DNA of 64,000 nt, from positions 39,060,001-39,124,000 of the forward strand of contig OZ024744.1 of assembly GCA_964016885.1 (NCBI GenBank), given 5' to 3'. Of this stretch, positions 12,443-23,667 are shown piece after piece. This DNA comes from Eledone cirrhosa. Taxonomy: Eukaryota. The position numbers were made by a program, and so were the translations under genes. Position 1 is the first letter of the stretch. The number at the start of each line of letters is the position of its first letter. The notes beneath the pieces were generated by a model. The model saw only the letters and a program-made list of their open reading frames with translations. It was not told where the DNA came from and did no database searches.

Positions 12443-12836
12443 TGTTATACTTTGGGAGGGTCATGTTGCCAATAAGAAACACACGCACCAGTTTCTTTCA
12501 CTTCAATTTATTATAATAAATTTATAAATTTAGGAATTTATAAATTTCCGTTTGGTTGGTTGGTTCCACAACCAGATGGTTGTTTATATATTGTCAAAGT
12601 TCTTTCGTCACACATTCTGTGACCTCTTCGGTGACTGGAGATTCTTTTCTTTGTTTTTGTGCCTCTCCTTTGTTCTGTCCTACGCCATCTTGTTTCTGTG
12701 TGTGTGTGGTGTGCTCAGTCTGCGCATGCGCCACATCCGGGTGTCTGTGTGTGTTTATATTCGTTTATTTATTTGTTTATTTACATGTTACTGGTTGGTT
12801 GTTTGTTATATGTGCGTGTGTGTTTTCAGGGAGACT

Positions 12837-15404
12837 ATGGACAGAGAAAATAACCAAGACGAACGCACAGACACACAAAATAGAGTAGATAATAACAATG
12901 AGCCAGAGGAAAGAGACAGGAGTAATAATGAGAGACATAGAAACAACCATGAGGCTGTTGGTGGAAATAGAAATAGAAACAACACAACTAACAATAACAA
13001 TAGCACCACTACACATAAAGCAGCAGCCTGGAACTCTACTTTTTATAATCCCTCCGATAAGTCGTTCGACCTGCGACGAGTCCACGCCACGACTTTACCA
13101 TTTAACAACGCACGCAATTGCTGTCGCAGGTCGATGAACAAACAGAAGCACAATTTAGTATAGCTAGATCTAAACTTAGAAATATTATAGAACAGTATAG
13201 CAAGAAGCATAATAGAATGGAGGCCCAGCAACTGGGAGAAAAATCTGCAAATGGCTTGCATAAGCTCATGCAGCGCTCGCGTAATGGAGAGATAGCATGC
13301 TTTCCAACAGACAAGTCTGGCAGAATGTCGGTTGACAGTCTGTCAAACTACATCCAGGCAATGCAACCCCACATCACTAACACAAGAGAAGTAACACCAC
13401 AAGAGCATGAGGATAGCGAAAAAGCCCTCAATGCCCATATGGTGATGTGGACAAATATAATGCAGCCCAACAAAAGGACTGCCAACAATTTCCAGGCCTG
13501 GAACAATGACGTGCCAGCGTTGTATAGGCTTCGAAAAGACCATAAAACGGGCAGTGGCCCTGTCACAAGACCACCAACACGGCCAGTCTGTGGAGCTAAC
13601 ATTGTTAGTAACTACAGACTGTCCTTCCTCTCCCTGATCATACGCCCCATCATTGAAATGTCCCCAGATGTATGTGACAGCACGGAGGACCTCCTCAGCA
13701 GAATCGGCGAGAGTAACCGATCTAGGGACCTAACAAACTGCATAATAGGTAGTATGGATGTTGTGTCCCTATATCCATCTATTGACGTGGATTTTTCTGT
13801 GGAGAAATGCGTAGAAATGATCAGTGAGAGCAATGTTGAGTTCTGTGGGATTGATACCAGTGAGGTGGGACTCCTACTTAAACTTACCTATAGTAATAAT
13901 TATCTAGACACATATGACCTTAGCAATCTGTGTCCTACAAGACCAGCAAGAGGCAGACCACCTACGATTACCTCAATGGCCAAGAAAACCCACACAGATA
14001 GATGGAACGGGTGGACCAGAGCCATACGGACACCCGAAAACCACGATGAACTAAAGAAAATGATTGCACATGTGGTGGGGGCCAGCATAAAATTAACCCT
14101 TAAGGAACATATGTTCAAATTTAATGGAAAAACATATGCCCAAGAGGAGGGAGCAGCCATTAGTGTTAGCATTGCAGGCGACATAGCTAACTTATTCATG
14201 GTATGGTGGGACATTAGACTTAAACTTAAACTTAAAGAACAATTAGAAGACCCCTTAACCCTGATAATGTACTCCCGCTACGTTGATGATATAAACATCG
14301 TAGTTAAAACACCCCACTAGAGAACAGTCAGGAATTAGAGAAAAACACAATGGAAAGAATCCAGCAAATAGCTAACTTCATCCACCAGAGTATTAGAGTT
14401 ACTATAGACTACCCAAGCAAACACCCCAACCATCGATTACCTGTACTAGACACAGAGCTCTGGTTAGATACCATTAATAACAAAAAACAAATCCTCCATT
14501 CCCATTATGCCAAACCCATGACTTCCAAATATCTGATCCACCGAAACTCAGCTGTTTCGGACCATACCAAAATCAACATACTGATTGCGGATTTGGTACG
14601 GGTGATGAGAAACGTGTCCCGCATGTATAACCCCGAAGAACTAGAGAGACACATACAACACTTCATCTGCCGTATGCAGTTCTCTCAGAGAGATAAAATC
14701 AGAGTGTATAGAGGAGCCAGAACCAAATGGGAAAAAATGGTAAATAATGACACAAATGGGACCTGCCCCTTGTATAGGAGCAAATTTTGGAATAGAATAG
14801 AAAGAACTAGGAATAAGGCTAATAGAATAAACTCACGGTATGATAGCAATAAATACCAGAGTGTAATGTTCATCGATACAACCCCTAGAGGTGAATTAGT
14901 TTACAAATTTAGAAGGGCCCTAGATAAACATAAACTCAATATTAAGATAGTAGAAAGACCAGGTACCTCCTTAAAAACACTTATTAGCAAGACATACCCT
15001 TTTCAAAGACCCCCCCCCCCTGTATAGATAAGAAATGTATAACCTGTAAATTAAGCCCCCATATTAACTGTAAAACTAGAAATGTAGTATATAGCATAAG
15101 ATGTACTGAAGGACAATGTAGAGATAAAAATATAGTGTACATAGGTGAGACAGCTCGTAGTGTAGGGGAACGGATAAATGAACACTGGCGAAACCTTCAA
15201 GATAGTAAAGAATCATCTGTACTCTACCAACATGCTAAAATAGAACATAAGGGTAAATTAGAGAACATAGAAATAAAAATAGAATCTACACACAGAAAAG
15301 ACGCAATGTTTAGACAAATCACAGAGGCAATAAACATAAAAGAATTACAACCAAAATGAAATAGAAAACATGGGTGGAACAGCAACATCACAACTTACAA
15401 TTAA
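12837..15404 (+). pseudogene. PLE polyprotein: RT, Cys-rich linker and GIY-YIG endonuclease (disrupted)
   Basis: Motifs TDKSGR, RKDHK, RPVCGA, GSMDVVSLYPSI, QEEGAAI, YSRYVDD, LPVLDTELW, linker C..KC..C...[23 protein letters not shown]. Frameshifts near 13110, 14315 and the poly-C at 15010-15020. TGA at 15357 is TTA in the second copy, which continues NRKHEW; the natural stop is TAA 15402-15404. Confidence 0.9.
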
Positions 15405-15509
15405 GGACAAAATGAAAACACACACGCACATAGAACAAACAACCAACCAGTAACATGTAAATAAACAAATAAATAAACGAATATAAACACACACAGACTC
15501 CCGGATATG

Positions 15510-15558
15510 GCGCATGCGCAGACTGAGCACACAACACACACACAGAAACAAGATGGCG
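15510..15558 (+). promoter_or_regulatory. NRF1-like and YY1-like motifs in the PLE pLTR
   Basis: GCGCATGCGCA (15510-15520) and CAAGATGGCG (15549-15558); the same pair occurs at 46338-46396. Confidence 0.45.
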
Positions 15559-15604
15559 TAGGACAGAACAAAGGAGAGGCACAAAAACAAAGAAAAGAAT
15601 CCTC

Positions 15605-15647
15605 GTCACTGAAGAGGTCACACAATGTGTGACGAAAGAACTTTGAC
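15605..15647 (+). ncRNA. Minimal type I hammerhead ribozyme in the PLE 3' pLTR
   Basis: gtca-CTGAAGA-g-GTCACAC-aat-GTGTGAC-GAAA-gaac-TT-tgac. Stem I gtca/tgac, 7-bp stem II, minimal stem III. Confidence 0.75.
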
Positions 15648-16028
15648 AATATATAAACAACCATCTGGTTGTGGAACCAACCAACCAACCGTAAATTTAT
15701 AAATTCCTAAATTTATAAATTTATTATAATAAATTGAAGTGAAAGAAACTGGTGCGTGTGTTTCTTATTGGCAACATGACCCTCCCAAAGTATAACAATA
15801 TCGGTTTCAACACACGTTTTCAGATAAAGAATCTTATTAAACAAATTCAGAAACGAAATATATATATATATATCATAAGAAAATATATATATATATATAT
15901 ATATCATAAGAAAAATATTTTTTCGTAAGGAAAAACTACTTCTTTTTGATAGCGAGGCTACACATATGTTTATTGTATATAAACGTTTAATAATGTTTAT
16001 AAATATTTTCACACACACACACATACAT

Positions 16029-16059
<31 letters not shown>

Positions 16060-16061
<2 letters not shown>

Positions 16062-16455
16062 ATATTATAAAGCTGAGCGTCGTATGTATGTATTATGTAT
16101 GTATCCTACACACCTCCCTATAGTGTCTTAGCTTTACTCTCTCCTGCGCTCTTCCCTCTTTCTATAATAGATCATTCCCCCTCTCTATAATGTAACTGCT
16201 TTACTCTCTCTATCGCTCTTCACTCTCTATATGACAACACTGTTTTAGTTTCCGTATCTCCCTTCAATATATACACATAGAGAAAGAGAGAGAGGGAGAG
16301 AGAGGGGGGGAAGAAAGAGAGAGATTTAGAGAAAGATTAGGAAAACTACACACATCTACAGAGAGAGACAGAAAAACAGAGGGAGTACAATTAGAGTGTT
16401 AGTTATTCAGAGAGAGAGAGAGAGAGAGGGGGGAGATAGAGAGAGAGAGAGAGAG

Positions 16456-16528
<73 letters not shown>

Positions 16529-16851
16529 CGGCAAGTGACCGATTTTCCAATGACGTTAAATCAAGTATCGGTATTAAAATAATTTTGAAATAAACAATGT
16601 GTATGATCAAATATAGCGGTGATTGAAAAAATAACGTTCATTTCCGTGGTATATCTTTCATCTGTCGTCGCTCGCATAAGTAACACACACACACACACAC
16701 ACATACACACAAATACACATACTTTTACACCTGATTTCGCCAATTGCCGGATAACATCAAAACAAAACACACAGACACACACATACACACATACACAAAC
16801 ACACATACACATACACAAACACAAACACTATACTTATAAAGCTGACGGTCG

Positions 16852-16885
<34 letters not shown>

Positions 16886-17058
16886 TATTAACAACACAGC
16901 TTAACTCTTTCTTTTTAAACTCATTTCTACGGTAGCTCCTCCCCTTTGCTACGAAGTCGGAAGGACAATGTTACACGGGAGGATGTGTGGTATCTTTCCA
17001 GTGGAGTGGTGGAGGCAGGTATACCTAGCCGGGCGCCAGTCGGACGGGGCAGCAGGTA
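16060..17058 (+). mobile_element. Probable non-autonomous Helitron(s)
   Basis: Two Helitron-like 5' starts (ttataaagctga..gtcgtat at ~16066 and ~16833) and a degenerate GC-rich 3' end near 17025-17058. Confidence 0.35.
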
Positions 17059-17065
17059 TATATAT

Positions 17066-17520
17066 AGTTAAAACTTAGACGGGAACAAAAACAGAAAGGC
17101 AGTACAAATAAGAGTTTATTAGGTTCACGCTTTTGAGAATGGGGGGACGTTTCGGGCATAAGCCCTTCATCAGGAGAAAAGTGGGTAGGAAGAGAGTTCC
17201 GAGGGTGTGGGGGGGGAGTGGTGGAAAGACATTTAGAAAAAAGGGGTGGAGAGAAAGGGGAGGAAAAACGATTGAAGAAGTACAAATAAAAATAAAAATA
17301 AACATAAAAATAAACATTAAAATAAACAAGTGGTGGCAGGGTGTGAGGCGTGTAGGGGTGGTGGCGGGTGGACTTAGGAGAGCGGGGCGGGGGGCCCGAG
17401 CGGGTAGGGCTGAAGGTGGTGTTTGTGTATGTGTGTAGGTGTACGTGTGTGTGCGTGTGTATGTGAATGTGAGAGTTGGGGGAAGAACGAGGTTTAAGCT
17501 GCCTATTCTATTCATCCAAC
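17066..17520 (-). mobile_element. PLE 3' end (pLTR) with a hammerhead-like motif; a short piece of the same family lies at 45923-45992
   Basis: Minus strand CTGATGA-a-GGGC-ttat-GCCC-GAAA-cg-TC at ~17146-17173, stem I not evident. Upstream WMNRIGSL resembles a GIY-YIG C-terminus. Ends at (TA)n. Confidence 0.55.
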
Positions 17521-18481
17521 TGATGGGGAGTACTCATCGTCCATTTCATATAAACTTTTAAAAAACAATCATAGGAAACTCGTGTTTGTTTGCATTGGTA
17601 AAACTTATACAAATAAATGCACACTGTGAAATGAAGAAGAATGTAACGTTTTGTGGATGACCGTACGTCTGGAGTTTAAGTACTGAAATGGGATGATCCT
17701 CCGTCGTTTTCGATGGTGAATATTTCAGTTGTTTGTTCAACGAAACAACTTACTCATAAAATGAATGAGCATGTGACTATGCATTTGTTCCCTCACATAA
17801 TTCTCAGGAAGGTTTAGCGTGACACAGTATGTGACAAAGCTAGGCCTTTAAATTATAGGCTTCCAAACAATTTCCGTCTACACAATTTCGTTCTCAAAAC
17901 TTGGGCCGATCTGAGGGTATGGTAAATAGCACTCACCCAAGATGTCTTTTAAGTTTGATCGAACTCGGGACTCGGGACCTTATGATTGCAAAGCAAACTT
18001 CTTAACCTTTCGACCATTATTGCGCCCACGTTTAGGTACAACTGAGGACAGAATGCAAGTGAGAAGAAAAAGTTGTTGTATATAACGTTTGATACCAACC
18101 CGCTCAAAACCGGTTCTGATTCTATGAAACAAAGCCACCAATTTTAAATGATTCCTATTTAAATTAACATCTTCCAACATAATTTTATATAAAAAGCATC
18201 TATATTTAAATTTGAGCGACTTCCATCCGTCCTTCAGTCATACACTAGAGATGACTGAGGAAGGAAGGGGTGATGACGTCAAACAATAAAGATGATTGAG
18301 AAAGGAAGGGGTGATGATAAACTACAGAAAACAGCGTCTCACATTCACTACACTTGTGTGTGAGTATATGTGTATGCATGTGTTTGTGTAAATGTATGTG
18401 TGTGTGTGTGTGTGTGAATGTATGTATATTTGTGTGAATGTATGCGTATGAGTGTATTTTTGTGTGTCTGCGCGTTTATAA

Positions 18482-18662
18482 AAATTGTTTCTACTTTTGG
18501 CACAAGGCCAGCAATTACCTCAGTACATTACTGGTACTTTATTTTATCGACCCCATAAGGATGAAAGGCAAAGTTAACCTCGGCGGGATTTGAACTCAGA
18601 CCGCAAAGAGGCGTAACTCTTTGCTGTAAAGAATGGCGTCCGATTCTCTACCGATACTGCCA
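18482..18662 (-). mobile_element. tRNA-derived SINE
   Basis: Reverse complement of the 7868 family. Confidence 0.85.
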
Positions 18663-19156
18663 CGCGTTATCGTGATGAATAACATCCTAATATTTTAAGT
18701 TAGTATTTTAGTAATGAAATAAATCATTTTAGTAAATCTCTCGATATTCTTCATTAATTAATTGAAATAGATAGTATTTCATTAGAAATGTGGTCACAAA
18801 AAGTTTTTAAAAAATAGAAATTAGAAATCTACTTTTGAGGACACACGTGAGAAAAATAAGTCTGTGGTGAGTGGTGTAAATATAATTGGACGACGATGTA
18901 TAGGTAGAGATCAGTTGACGCACGTGATAATGTTCAGTGTGCGTGGATGTGAAAATTGTGAATATAGTTGTATGGGTGTGTAACTAGAGGTTAATGTACA
19001 GTGCTAAAATTTAGTCACCAGGATAGTGACTTGTCTTGGTAAAAATATACATGGGGAGAAGGGGGTAGTGTTTTTGGTGAATTTATTGGTCGAAATGACA
19101 AAGCAAAGAATGTGTAAAAAACTCATTGTTTTTATTTTCATTATTTAAAGGTTATA

Positions 19157-19350
19157 GGGCGGTGGATTGGCAGAATGAGTAGAGCGTCGGACAACAAGCT
19201 TAGCGGCATAGAGTTACCGCCCTTTATATAATGAGTTCAAATCCTGCCGAGGTTAGCTTTACAGGGTCGATAAAAATTAAGCACTGGAGACGATTTAATC
19301 GACTTTCCCCTCGCCTTAAAATTGCTGGCCTTGTGCTTATAGTAGAAACA
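19157..19350 (+). mobile_element. tRNA-derived SINE
   Basis: A/B boxes and family tail. Confidence 0.8.
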
Positions 19351-19509
19351 CTTATGTAAAAGTTATGACAAGGAAAATCGTTGGTTAAGAGGTGTATTCC
19401 CGCCAACTGACAAGACTCTGTTTCTTGCCCGTAATCAATTTGTAATTAATTTTGAGTTCGGTCATAAAGTAATTTAAATTTTTAAAAAACATTTTGATTG
19501 GCCATAGCG

Positions 19510-19970
19510 AAAGAGGTCGTGTTGTGAAAACGTTTGAAAGGGTTGAAAACAAGAACTTTCCTCTTCGGCGAAGCTCTGTTTTACTTTTTCATGTTTCACT
19601 TAAATAGAAAAATCAGAGGGAAGAGTGAAATGCCTCCTTCCAACCAATTTATTGAAAGGTGGGCGAGAGAGGCGAACATGGTCCGAGTGAATTAGTCTGA
19701 CCTGTGCATGTGCGCCAGTAAATTGGAGGCAGACAACTGAGAAGACCCTAGCGGCTAAGGTTACCGTAGCTTTTTCTGGGCTTTCCTCACGAGTGAGCCT
19801 CGGAGATATGCCTACTTTGGGGGAATTTATGTTTATCTTTATAGTCTTTGATATACACCTTTTTTACACCCAAAAAACCTACATGTACCGTCTTCTTCCG
19901 ACTTTAATCTCCTCTTAATGTAAGCCCTGTATAGCTAATAAAGAAACCATTTTCTTTTTTTTTTTTTTTG
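19510..19970 (+). mobile_element. 3' fragment of the same Tx1/L1-like family
   Basis: Similar to 23160-23655 (gaaagggttgaa, aaaatcag, ccacgagtga.cctcgga, aataaagaaaccatt). Confidence 0.7.
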
Positions 19971-20544
19971 TCGGGCGGAGAGGACGTGTTTTTACGAGGT
20001 GTGTGAATTAGCGATTTTTCAATTTTTGCATTCAAATAATTGTTTTGTTTTGTTTTTTTTTTGTTACGAAAGAGTCATAAGACATACTTCTGTGCCCTGT
20101 GAAGAGGAGATTTTATAATATTTGGGTCTTTTGGTCCAAATATTTAAACTGTATGTTTTAAAATTTTTATCGAGAAAAAAACATGGCTGAGTCACGCCCT
20201 CCCCCCCTCCCCCCACACACACACTGTAAATCTGCTGTCGTGTGACTGGCTTAAACGTTGAGAGGAGGGATACAGCGAAAATTTATACTGGATATACATT
20301 TAGCAACACCACCACAAACAACATGAACAACGACAGCAACAACAGCAACAGTGAGAACACGACAACACCAACCACACCAATTACACAACAAAGAGACAGA
20401 CAACAGAAACAATGACAACAAAAACAACGAAAATAGCACCACCAACAAGAACATGAACAGCGACAACAACAACACCAACTGCACCGAGAACAATAACAGA
20501 GGCACCAAAGATATAACCAACTGCAACAGGGACAACAACAACGT

Positions 20545-23500
20545 CTTGGAAGCTGCTTAACGATCTCAGGTCACTAAACATAGATGTGGTGGCCATCAGC
20601 GAGATCAGAATCTCCGCGGCAATGGCATTCCCACACATTTTCGGAAGCTACGAGGTGTACACATCTCCAAGCCGGTCCGAATCTGGGGGAGGAGAAGTTG
20701 TGTTGTTCCAGAGAAGTCTGGATCTTGAGATACGGACCATTTTCTTGGACCCAGAAGATAAGTTGGTGGTGCTGGACGTGACCAGTGGAGAAGGGCAAGC
20801 TTTCATGCTAGTGGCCGTCTATGCCCCAACAGGGGCAGGGCGGCCTGATTTCTCCCGGTGTCTGGAGACCTTTCTTAGAACGTCACGCTCTTTAGTGTTA
20901 GTGAGCGACTGGAACGGGATCTTGGTTGCATGCTAGGACTGTGTGGGATTAGCGGATAGGAGACGAGGGTGTAAAAACCTGACAAACCTGCTCAGACGGT
21001 TTCAACTGTCTGACAGGTGAAGTCTGGATTTCCCGAATGTGCCAATGTGGACATAGTCGACTACACGGATCACAAAATCGTGATCTGTGAGGTTGACTTA
21101 GATAGGCTTCATAGACAGGGACCCGGCTATTGTAAACTAAATGCGTCGTTGACAGCCTACAGAGACCGGATTAGCGAACTAGTTAAGCCGGCGTTGACAG
21201 GGGCCATCGTCAACAGCAAATGGTAGTTCGCCCTGAAAAGGGCGATGGGAATAGAGTTTATTAAGTTAAATAAGGCGTTAGCAGTAGAGAAAAATAGGGC
21301 AAAAGGAGAACAAGTTAGAAAATTAGACGAAGCGCTTAGTAAAGGCATCGCAGCCGATGTGCTTGCGGTGAAATTGGCTCTCGAACAATTCTTCAACGCA
21401 AAGAACGAAGGTTGCGTTGTCAGAGCGAGGGTGTGTGCTCTCAGACACGAGGGGACAAAAGCCGTTCGATGGGCCCGAGTTTCGGAGGCGCGTCGTGACA
21501 GCAAGGCTACGATCCGGTCTTTGGAGGACCACGACGGGCGCATTTTACTCGATCCCGGGTAAATGTGTGCGGCTTTTCAGCGACAATTCGCGCAGCTGTT
21601 CGAGGTCAGCGGTGGGCCGGATCGCGGGATGGACTTTAGTGCCTACCTCGACGGACTGCCGCTGTTCTCTGCCATTGGAGAAGAGTGTTGCGAAAAGCCG
21701 ATAACAGCCGCTGAAGTACGGGAGGCAATGACTAACTGCACGATGGGTAAATTGCCGGGTTTGGATGGTCTGCCCCACGAACTTTACGTACTCATACCAG
21801 ATTTGTTCGGCGATCTCTTGGCGGAGGTCTACTGCAACTGGCTTCAGAACGGGAGAATTCCCAGCTCTGTGAGACGAAGAGCGGTGGCGCTGCCGAGAAA
21901 TGACCCGAACAAGAGGGACAATATATATAATTCCAGGCCCATAACTCTGCTAAACGCAGAGTTCAAGATTTTGGCCAATGTGCTAGCAAAGAGGTTGGCG
22001 CTTGTCGTTGGTGGTCTGGTGGGAGAGGCATAGACATGCGCCATTCCAGACAGATCCATCCACGACAACCTCCACATCATACGATATATCGAGGAGAGGG
22101 TAGCTAGGGAACCTGACACGGGTGGGTACTTGATCAATTTAGATCAGTCGAAAGCTTTCGATAAGGTTCAGCCATCGTTATCGGGCGGCGGTCCTGAGAG
22201 CAGCCGGCCTTGGGCCCGTCTTTAGAGGCCGGATCGCTGCAATGCACAGCGACATCTGCTCTGTAGCGACAGTGAACGGTCACCTTTCGGAACTGTTCAA
22301 AATCATGCGCTCGGTCCGCCAAGGATGTCCCCTCTCGTCCCTGCTGTACGTAGTGGCCCTCGAGTCATTACTGCATTAACTGGAGACGGGCAGCCCGTAC
22401 GAACTGGGAAGTGAGAGAACCGTGTGAGCATATGCCGGCGACGTCACCGTAGTGGTGTCGAAATCCAAACACATCGAGGCGATCGACACTACACTAAGAG
22501 AATACGAGGCGGTGACAGGAGCAATAATCAACCAAGAAAAGTCGGTGGGCTTGCGACTCAGCACCTGGAGAGGCAGATCCATGCCGTCTAACAGCGCCGT
22601 CGAGCGCTGGAAGGATGGACCGGTTAAATTGCTAGGGGTCTGGTTCGGTTCGAACCTCCAAACGGACAAAACCTGGGACGAGGTGATGAGCGGGATGGCC
22701 TCTCTCACTCAGAAATGAGCCGAGAGAAAGCTATCCCTGAAAGCTCGAGCGGAGGTGGCGAACGCTTACATCACGTCCGTCATCTACTACCGCCTGACCG
22801 TCATGCCTTGTCCTAAGCCTCGCCTGACTGCACTGGACCGTTCGCTCTTTCGATTTTTGTGGAAGGGACGCGCTCCGATGGTCAGGCGGTCCATGTGCTG
22901 TCAACACCTGCTACGCGGAGGGCTGGGCATGTCATGGCTGATGATGCACAGACATGCACTCAGGCTACGGCATCTCCACCTCTTCCTCGACGGTGATCAA
23001 GTGTGGTCACCCTTTGCTAGACACGTATTTCCCCAGTTCGTCTCCTTGACGGAGCTGCAGTCCTGGGTCAAGCGAAGACCGAGAGGAAGCGTTTGGAGAC
23101 TGGATTGCCCCGCCACCTTCCGGGAAGGGCAGGCAGTTTTTATCTGCCTGGTGGCCATGGTAAAAGAGGTCGTATGGTGGATGAGTCTGAAAGGGTTGAA
23201 GACAGATACTTTCCTCTTCGGTGACGCCCTCATTAATTTTTTCAGGTTTCACCTGAAAAGGAAAATCAGGGTGGAGAGGGAAGTGCTGCCTTCCAGACAG
23301 TTTGTTGAAAGGTGGGTGAGAGAGGCAAGAATGGCCCATGTGAATGGACCTACCCTGAGAGTGTGCCTACACTATCGTAGGAGGAAAACTGGAAGAGGAC
23401 GCTTGCCCTAACGGTCAGAGTGACCGTGGCTTTTTGTTGGTTTTCTCCACGAGTGACCCTCGGAAGTCTTCCCCCTCCCCACCTATTGGGGAATTTTTCT

Positions 23501-23667
23501 TTGTTTCATTTTTTTGTTACATCCTTTGTTTTTGTTTTTTATATATATAATTTTTTTTACATGCAGAAATACGCATTTATACCGTCCTGTACCGTCTTGT
23601 GCTGTCCTTAATGTTGTACTTTATGTCAACCCTTGTGGTTAACAAAGAAAGCATTATTATTATTATT
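20545..23667 (+). mobile_element. Tx1/L1-like LINE ORF2 (APE and RT, decayed) with 3' UTR and (ATT)n tail
   Basis: VVAISE, AVYAP, TDHK, GPGYCKLN, PGLDGLP, RPITLLNAEFKILA, DQSKAFD, RSVRQGCPLS, FRFLWKG, GGLG; many stops and frameshifts. Confidence 0.85.

Larger units (their letters stand above)
12441..15857 (+). mobile_element. Full-length Penelope-like retroelement (Neptune-like) with inverted pseudo-LTRs, inserted in (TA)n
   Basis: RT plus C-terminal GIY-YIG ORF. 12441-12828 is the reverse complement of 15413-15800. There is an extra ~55-bp 3' tail (15801-15857) and (TA)n on both sides. Confidence 0.92.

Noticed and set aside
15357-15359. In-frame TGA near the PLE ORF end as possible selenocysteine or readthrough
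   Set aside because: The second copy has TTA (Leu) at this position, so it is a simple nonsense mutation.
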